A DNA stretch of 13,833 nucleotides from Paramicrosporidium saccamoebae KSL3. Taxonomy: Eukaryota; Fungi; Cryptomycota. The position numbers and the translations under genes were made by a program. Under the pieces are notes generated by a model. That model was given only the letters and a program-made list of their open reading frames with translations, was not told the origin of the DNA and made no database searches. Numbering within the stretch: position 1 is the first letter of the stretch; every line of letters starts with the position of its first letter. Below are positions 8,705 through 13,833 of the stretch, piece by piece. The stretch spans positions 16,765 through 30,597 of the forward strand of contig MTSL01000025.1 of the NCBI GenBank assembly GCA_002794465.1. Direction: 5' to 3'.

Positions 8705-9329
8705 ATGGTGTTCGGTCGCAATGTAAAGAGTCCTGTGGCAGAGGGAAAGCCGACCCGTGACATTCTGCCTACTCCAAATCACATCTCTCACGCCATCGCC
8801 TACGTCAAGGGATGGTGTGCGCCAATCTGCAGCAGATGGGCCCGTCTGTCGCTGACCGCCCGGTACATCTTGATAACGCTGGCAATGCCGTTTATCATCT
8901 TCCCTGCTGTTTGGTTGTTGTTCCTCGGACCCCTTATGTTCTTCTGCTTTGCCCTCATCTATTCGGCCATCTACGGCTTCACCGTCTTTATCACTCACTT
9001 TGAAGCCGCCCTCTCAGAACATTTTAATGTCGCCGATGAGGTATCTGTCCCTTCATTCTTACCCCTATTAGAGTCTAAAAAAGGTTCATGACAAGGCTGA
9101 CCAGCTTAAGAACACTGCTGGCGATGTCTCGGGTCGCGTGGGAAGTAACGTTCTCGACATTCTCTCTCTTGTCTTTTACACAACCATTGTGTACACGATG
9201 AAGGTCCTAGAATTCGTCATCTCTGTACCGTTCATTATGTGGATCTCTTATTTGTTTAGAAATTGCAATCTCTATCGGGAATACTTAGGACCCAGGCTAA
9301 AGAGACCCAGAAACATGTGCAAAAGTTGA
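8705..9329 (+). CDS. Hypothetical membrane protein; exons 8705-9040 and 9072-9329 (197 aa)
   Basis: The first in-frame ATG is at 8705. There is a roughly 45-aa hydrophobic stretch (YILITLAMPFIIFPAVWLLFLGPLMFFCFALIYSAIYGFTVFIT). A 31-nt GTATCT...ATTAG intron fuses it in frame to ORF 9138..9329, which adds a second hydrophobic segment. Confidence 0.72.
9041..9071 (+). other. Spliceosomal intron, 31 nt (membrane protein gene)
   Basis: GTATCT...CTATTAG, phase 0; same size and ends as the other introns, and it joins two ORFs in frame. Confidence 0.8.
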
Positions 9330-9689
9330 ACTAGTAGCAGTTAAGCGGAGATGTGCCGAAAGCAAAATAAAGAAACGCCAGAAATTTCGTGTTAGTAACA
9401 AGGTTTAGAGCCAAAGATGAATTGATGGTGGCTAAATAAACAGATGGGCCATTGGCAAATAGCGAGGCTCGAAAAATTGATAACAAATCTTAAAATATAT
9501 ACAATGTCGTGTCAATTGTAATGTGAGAAAAACAAGAAATGTCGCATCATTTGCACAGTAAAAAATGCTGTATCAAGCTATTAGTAACACGAAAATGCAA
9601 ATTGATGACATAATACGGTGCTGCAAATTGGTAATGAAACATGTCAAATAAATGACCGTATTGGCGCTCTAACAAAAGATTAATTAATT

Positions 9690-10887
9690 ATGGCATTTCG
9701 GCAGGCAGTGGTGCAAGTTGGGTCATGGACCGTCAAGGCTGGTCTCTGGGAGCAAACCTTTCTTCCCACTTTGGTACTTTCGAAGAAGAGTGGACTAATT
9801 TGTAGGAGTTGCCCGCATGTGTAAGAGTGCAGAATGACGGCCGGACATTTTGCGAACACGGACCGGATTCAGTATATCCCATTGTGAAGGGACAGCTTGT
9901 CAATCTCTTGGAGCTGGAGCATCTCCTGTATGCATATCCAAACAACTTTTATTCCTTAGGCGTCACGTGCTGGTTACTGCTTTGGGACTGGGGAGCAATC
10001 TGAGTGACGTTCCATTGCTTCTCATCATCCCAACTGACTGGTCACGAGATGTACGTTTTTCACTCTTAAAGATGCTTTTGGAGCAGGTGGGAGTGGGGGG
10101 AGTGCATCTTGGAGATAGTGCTGTCATGGCGGCGTTTGGGTGTGCCACACCCTCGGCTTTGGTGGTTGACGTTGGACATTCGATAACTGAAGTAACTGCC
10201 GTCGTTGACGGTGAAGTGGTAGCCGGTGCTAATGAAGCAGTGTGTGTAGGCGGACGGGATATTGAGGTATCCTTGGAACGGATATTGGAAGAGGATGCCT
10301 GCTTCATTGAGGGTCTCGCAGGAAAAGAGCCCTTATACAGAGAAAACAAGACGGAGATTATTCGAAAGTTGAAAGAATCCGAGGCTTGCCATCCCATTAC
10401 AACTTTAGAGCATGTGCCTCCCCTTATCTTTACATTCAAAACTGCAGATTTTTCTGTAGGAGAGCATCGTGTTAATGCAGTTGACGTCCTGTTTACACCC
10501 CATTTGGTCAACAAAAACGAACCCGGCTTGGCCCAGGCCATCATGGCTATCCTCTCCCGTTGCGATGCCGATAAACGTGCCATTCTATTAGATCATGTGA
10601 TTCTCACCGGGCTGACGTCACGTATTCCCCTCCGTGCGGCCCTCGAGACGCACCTACGGCCGCTCCTCCCCGTTTCTGAATTCAGTGGCGAGTTCCAATC
10701 GCGCAGTATTCGATTCCGCAGCGTCCCAGAGTATTATCCCGAGGTGTGGCAACGGGCCGGTCCGAATGCGGCATGGTTTGGTGGGGGCATTACTGCCAAA
10801 TGCGTTCTGGGCGATGCAAGGAATTACTACACTAAAGAGGATCTCATTCACCACGGCCCGCGTATTTTTACTAATAAACAGCTGTAG
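9690..10887 (+). CDS. ARP9: Actin-related protein, ARP9-like (SWI/SNF and RSC nuclear Arp); exons 9690-9773, 9806-9927, 9960-10887 (377 aa)
   Basis: Actin-fold motifs VVQVGSWTVKAG, YPIVKGQLVN, ALVVDVGHSITEVTAVVDG and LLDHVILTG. The C-terminal SIRFRSVPEYYPEVW...AAWFGGGITAK resembles the fungal Arp9 IPEYFPEWK...FLGA.I.AK signature. Two 32-nt introns restore frame. Confidence 0.75.
9774..9805 (+). other. Spliceosomal intron, 32 nt (ARP9 intron 1)
   Basis: GTACTT...GACTAATTTGTAG with a clear branch point, phase 0. Confidence 0.85.
9928..9959 (+). other. Spliceosomal intron, 32 nt (ARP9 intron 2)
   Basis: GTATGC...TTCCTTAG, phase 2; removal gives LEHLL|RHVLVTAL. Confidence 0.87.
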
Positions 10888-11188
10888 TTATCAGAAGTTG
10901 ATAGGGAACTATGGTTTAGATTGAGGTTTGTAGTAATGACCGCAAGTTTAACCGGTAAATATTGCAATGAGGCCTTGTTGGTCCATGAATTTGCACTACA
11001 GTAGACCGTAAAAGATTCTACGCTTTCATCTTGGTCAAATTATTACAGATACTGTCGAAATCCAAAGCAACTCGTCGTTCTTTTTAATATTTTCGTTTTG
11101 CCCGCGCTCAAGACCAGTAGCTGGCAAGAAGAGATCGGACATTGTATCGCCTTGACAAAACTCTTTTCCGTAACTCCGCTGTCACAAA

Positions 11189-11199
11189 CCCCCCCCCCC
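11189..11199. repeat. C11 homopolymer
   Basis: Eleven consecutive C residues about 290 bp upstream of the ATG at 11485. Confidence 0.9.
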
Positions 11200-11484
11200 T
11201 CCTTTTACATTCTTGGGAAACAGTTTTTCTTGATAAGATACTATTTTCAGCAGGCCGCCAATAATAAGGTCGTTCTTGTTTGACATCAGTCGGCCAATCA
11301 GATGACTAATGTTATATAGTATTGATACAGGATGTGGCGCACGATGGACAGGAGTAACCGAGGTTGGTTGTTGTGATTGATGCTGCTTACATACTTGGTG
11401 CAGGCACGAACCCATCAGCCGGGCGTGCCCTCTGATAGGCTGTTGTGGAAATATCCGTTGGTCACACAGGGCTAGCTTGTCAGG

Positions 11485-13833
11485 ATGGTGTCTATGCTGT
11501 CTCTCTATTTTCTCTTGCTGGCGGCACGGTTTTGCGCTGCGAGTAACGTCAACTGTGAATCTCTGGTCGCTACTATCGATACAAGTGGCCATTCCATCGT
11601 GAAGCAGGTTATCGACAACTGGGAACAGTGCCGCTTCGCGTTCTTGAAAAATGTGTCGCCCATGAGAGTAGCGATGCTTATTGAAAATTTGTGCGAATTA
11701 GCATGGGCCCAGGTAGAGCCAATTTACCAAGATTTGGTCAGCACAGAGGAGGTTGCCCGTAACATTACTGTCGACGAGCTGGAAGGGTTGGTTTATGAGG
11801 GTGTTATTATACCACCAGAGTTTTTTGCAGCGGTGCCAAACGTTAAGGACTTTCGTGGGACATACTATCAAGATTATAAAGCACCTGTGGATCTTTTGGA
11901 ATACTATGACGGTCCAGTGCCTTATATTTGGTACTGGATGGTGCCACAGCAGTTCAGGCTGCTTGGAAGCAAACTTGAGAAAGAGTTTCTGTGCCAAGAT
12001 GTAGATAAAAATGCAATCAGTGGCGAAAATTTTAAATCCATCGGGATGAGGTGCCTCCGCGGTCTTCTCAGATCGAAATTGTCGACTCCAGCACCAGCTT
12101 TAGGTCGTGTGTGGCTGGAAATCAGCAAAGAAACTGTCGCAAAATGGATTGAGCATCTTGACGAGGATTTCAAACTTGTTTCTGTTTACGATTACGAGTA
12201 TTTGCCAACCGACGTATGGCAAAAGGTGTTAGAGTTGTTCACGCTTGTGGAACATATCAAAGAGAACGCTGAATTTCATTATACTCACCCGATTTTCAAA
12301 GTATCGTTACAGAAGATTGGGCATGTCCAATTCGCCAAGATTATTAGAAGACTTCCTACTGTGGCCAGAGAGTTTATGTTGAAACATCGCACCAAGCTAC
12401 CTGGTGACATTCTTGCGAGCTGCGGGAAGGCGGAGATGGAGCTACTCGCGCTCTCGAATGCTGACATTGTGAAGAAATATGAAGAAAGGCCAGAAATTAT
12501 TGAGAGTATGAGCAGCTCTCTGGAAGACGCAAAGCATTTTTGCTACGACATGAAACTTGAAACATATCGTGGAATGGATTGGCTGCGTAGATACGGTAGT
12601 GATCAATGTCGTGAGCTCATAGCTGCTTCTAACAATGTGGATGTTAGCGAATTTCCAGAACTGACTAATGATGTGGGAGTCTGGAGACCGTACATTGAAA
12701 TAGTGAAGGACCCACGGAGCACCTTTTCATACAACGCATATATCTTGTTAAAGACACGAAAAGAGTTCTGTGAGCTATTGGCTGAAGAGATCAACGGCAA
12801 AGAGTTGGCGTATTTAGAAGATGACTATCTTGGAGCCATTGGAAGTAAGTGCGCTTTGGCGTTGAGGCGTCATTTAACAGCTGGTATCGCTCCAAAACTT
12901 GCGGCTAATGCTTTCCGGTTGTTTACAGTGGATGAATTCAATTTTAAGCTAAGCGATCTGTCTCCTCAACAAATACCACATCTGTCGGAAGGTGTCCCGA
13001 CAGAGTACAGTGTATTTTTCAAGATTGATATAGAAGAGTTTTTGACGTATGAAGATGAGATTATCGGGAGTGTCACTGAATCCCAAGTGGAGGCGATGCG
13101 AGCGACCGAGGAGCAACGCGAATGGATTGCGTTCCAGCGCAACGCCGCTCAGTTGAGAGATGAGACACAATCTTCCATTTCTTCAGAGCCATTTGCGACG
13201 TGCCTCGACATGAAAGACAAGAAATGTTTCAATGTACTTTTCAAAAGTATTGATAAGATGTCACAACGTCGCAAAGACGATTTGGTGTGTTCTCTCAAAA
13301 AAAGAGAGGAATTTCGAGAAATGTTATGGGAACTTCTAAATGGAGATTACTTGTTGAAACTAATTACAAGGATCTTTCATTTTTCACATGATTGGTTTAC
13401 GATACGGCACGATGGACGAAAATATGACTTGGAAGATTCCCTCGACAAAATCCGAAACGTTACCAAATCGCTAGCTTCACCACTTGCGTCGATCAGCCTT
13501 GCTGGCGCTTCAGGAGAGGGGCCCACCTGTGCCTGGATCGAACAACTTAACGGCACAATGAACGACAACATGATTTCAAATTACAGCGATTGTGATGCTT
13601 CCATCCAAAAATTCAAATTCCCAATCAAGGGCAACGGAGGGCTCGTTGCAGGATTCCTGGTGGGAAAAGCGCTTCAGCGAGGATTGAGGCTCCCTTTTGC
13701 TCTCGATCCCAAGTTCTATGAGCTCATTCTCAATGCCGATGACGAGGAGATTGCATCGTATTTCAAAGAGACGTATGCGCACGAGTTGGAAACTTTCAAA
13801 GCCAACAATCTCTATCAGCGTGTGATGGGCGAT
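11485..13833 (+). CDS. Putative secreted protein with a C-terminal HECT-like E3 ligase domain (at least 783 aa, 3'-partial)
   Basis: Manual translation in frame 1 shows TAG at 11473-11475, ATG at 11485, then 783 codons with no stop to the window end. The N-terminus MVSMLSLYFLLLAARFCAA resembles a signal peptide. From about 13390: WFTIRHDGRKYDLEDSLDKI (cf. HECT 'I.VRR..ILEDS'), GASGEGPTCAWIEQL (cf. 'G.D.GG..REWF') and GFLVGKALQRGLRLPFALDPKFYELIL (cf. 'GRL.GKAL.DG..L...F...FYK.LL'). Confidence 0.82.
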   Translation, partial: MVSMLSLYFLLLAARFCAASNVNCESLVATIDTSGHSIVKQVIDNWEQCRFAFLKNVSPMRVAMLIENLCELAWAQVEPIYQDLVSTEEVARNITVDELEGLVYEGVIIPPEFFAAVPNVKDFRGTYYQDYKAPVDLLEYYDGPVPYIWYWMVPQQFRLLGSKLEKEFLCQDVDKNAISGENFKSIGMRCLRGLLRSKLSTPAPALGRVWLEISKETVAKWIEHLDEDFKLVSVYDYEYLPTDVWQKVLELFTLVEHIKENAEFHYTHPIFKVSLQKIGHVQFAKIIRRLPTVAREFMLKHRTKLPGDILASCGKAEMELLALSNADIVKKYEERPEIIESMSSSLEDAKHFCYDMKLETYRGMDWLRRYGSDQCRELIAASNNVDVSEFPELTNDVGVWRPYIEIVKDPRSTFSYNAYILLKTRKEFCELLAEEINGKELAYLEDDYLGAIGSKCALALRRHLTAGIAPKLAANAFRLFTVDEFNFKLSDLSPQQIPHLSEGVPTEYSVFFKIDIEEFLTYEDEIIGSVTESQVEAMRATEEQREWIAFQRNAAQLRDETQSSISSEPFATCLDMKDKKCFNVLFKSIDKMSQRRKDDLVCSLKKREEFREMLWELLNGDYLLKLITRIFHFSHDWFTIRHDGRKYDLEDSLDKIRNVTKSLASPLASISLAGASGEGPTCAWIEQLNGTMNDNMISNYSDCDASIQKFKFPIKGNGGLVAGFLVGKALQRGLRLPFALDPKFYELILNADDEEIASYFKETYAHELETFKANNLYQRVMGD
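13483..13833 (+). repeat. Right arm of the inverted repeat (partner 718-1068); probably continues beyond the window
   Basis: Ungapped alignment to the reverse complement of 718-1068. Identity is near perfect at the window edge (1 mismatch in the last 63 nt). Confidence 0.95.

Noticed and set aside
11289-11319. 31-nt GTCGGC...GACTAAT...TAG segment as a 5'-UTR or coding intron upstream of the HECT gene
   Set aside because: Length, branch point and acceptor fit, but the donor is not GTAY and I could not build an ORF across it that joins 11485 (TAG at 11473 blocks that frame). Only RNA-seq could rescue it.
11182-11592. 136-aa minus-strand ORF
   Set aside because: It overlaps the start of the long plus-strand gene, ends in the poly-G run and has no recognisable motif.
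1-13833. Composite transposon or mobile element defined by the terminal inverted repeats
   Set aside because: The arms are protein-coding paralog segments, not TIRs. No transposase, integrase, reverse transcriptase or target-site duplication is visible, and the cargo is housekeeping genes.

Overview
Gene-dense eukaryotic DNA. The tiny GT-AG introns, short intergenic regions, a class I aldolase and an Arp9-type actin-related protein point to an early-diverging fungal relative or microsporidia-like intracellular parasite such as Paramicrosporidium; this is an inference, not a database match. The core is a block of six genes: class I fructose-bisphosphate aldolase (4 exons), prefoldin subunit 3, CCT4/TCP-1 delta, an ARID/SWI1-like SWI/SNF subunit (2 exons), a small membrane protein (2 exons) and an ARP9-like gene (3 exons). 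All seven introns I could reconstruct are 31-35 nt, begin GTAY and end TAG. Two outward-facing members of one divergent HECT-like ubiquitin-ligase family bracket this block. The right copy (11485 to beyond 13833, missing from the ORF track because it has no stop in the window) encodes at least 783 aa with an N-terminal signal peptide, about 640 aa of unrecognised sequence, and then a HECT N-lobe. The left copy (1-1257, minus strand) lacks the N-terminus and has one in-frame TGA inside the HECT domain. The two share a 351-bp inverted segment at about 93% identity by hand count. The best candidate for new biology is a family of secreted HECT-type E3 effectors whose ligase cores are exchanged by recombination. 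I found no rRNA, tRNA, CRISPR array or transposase.
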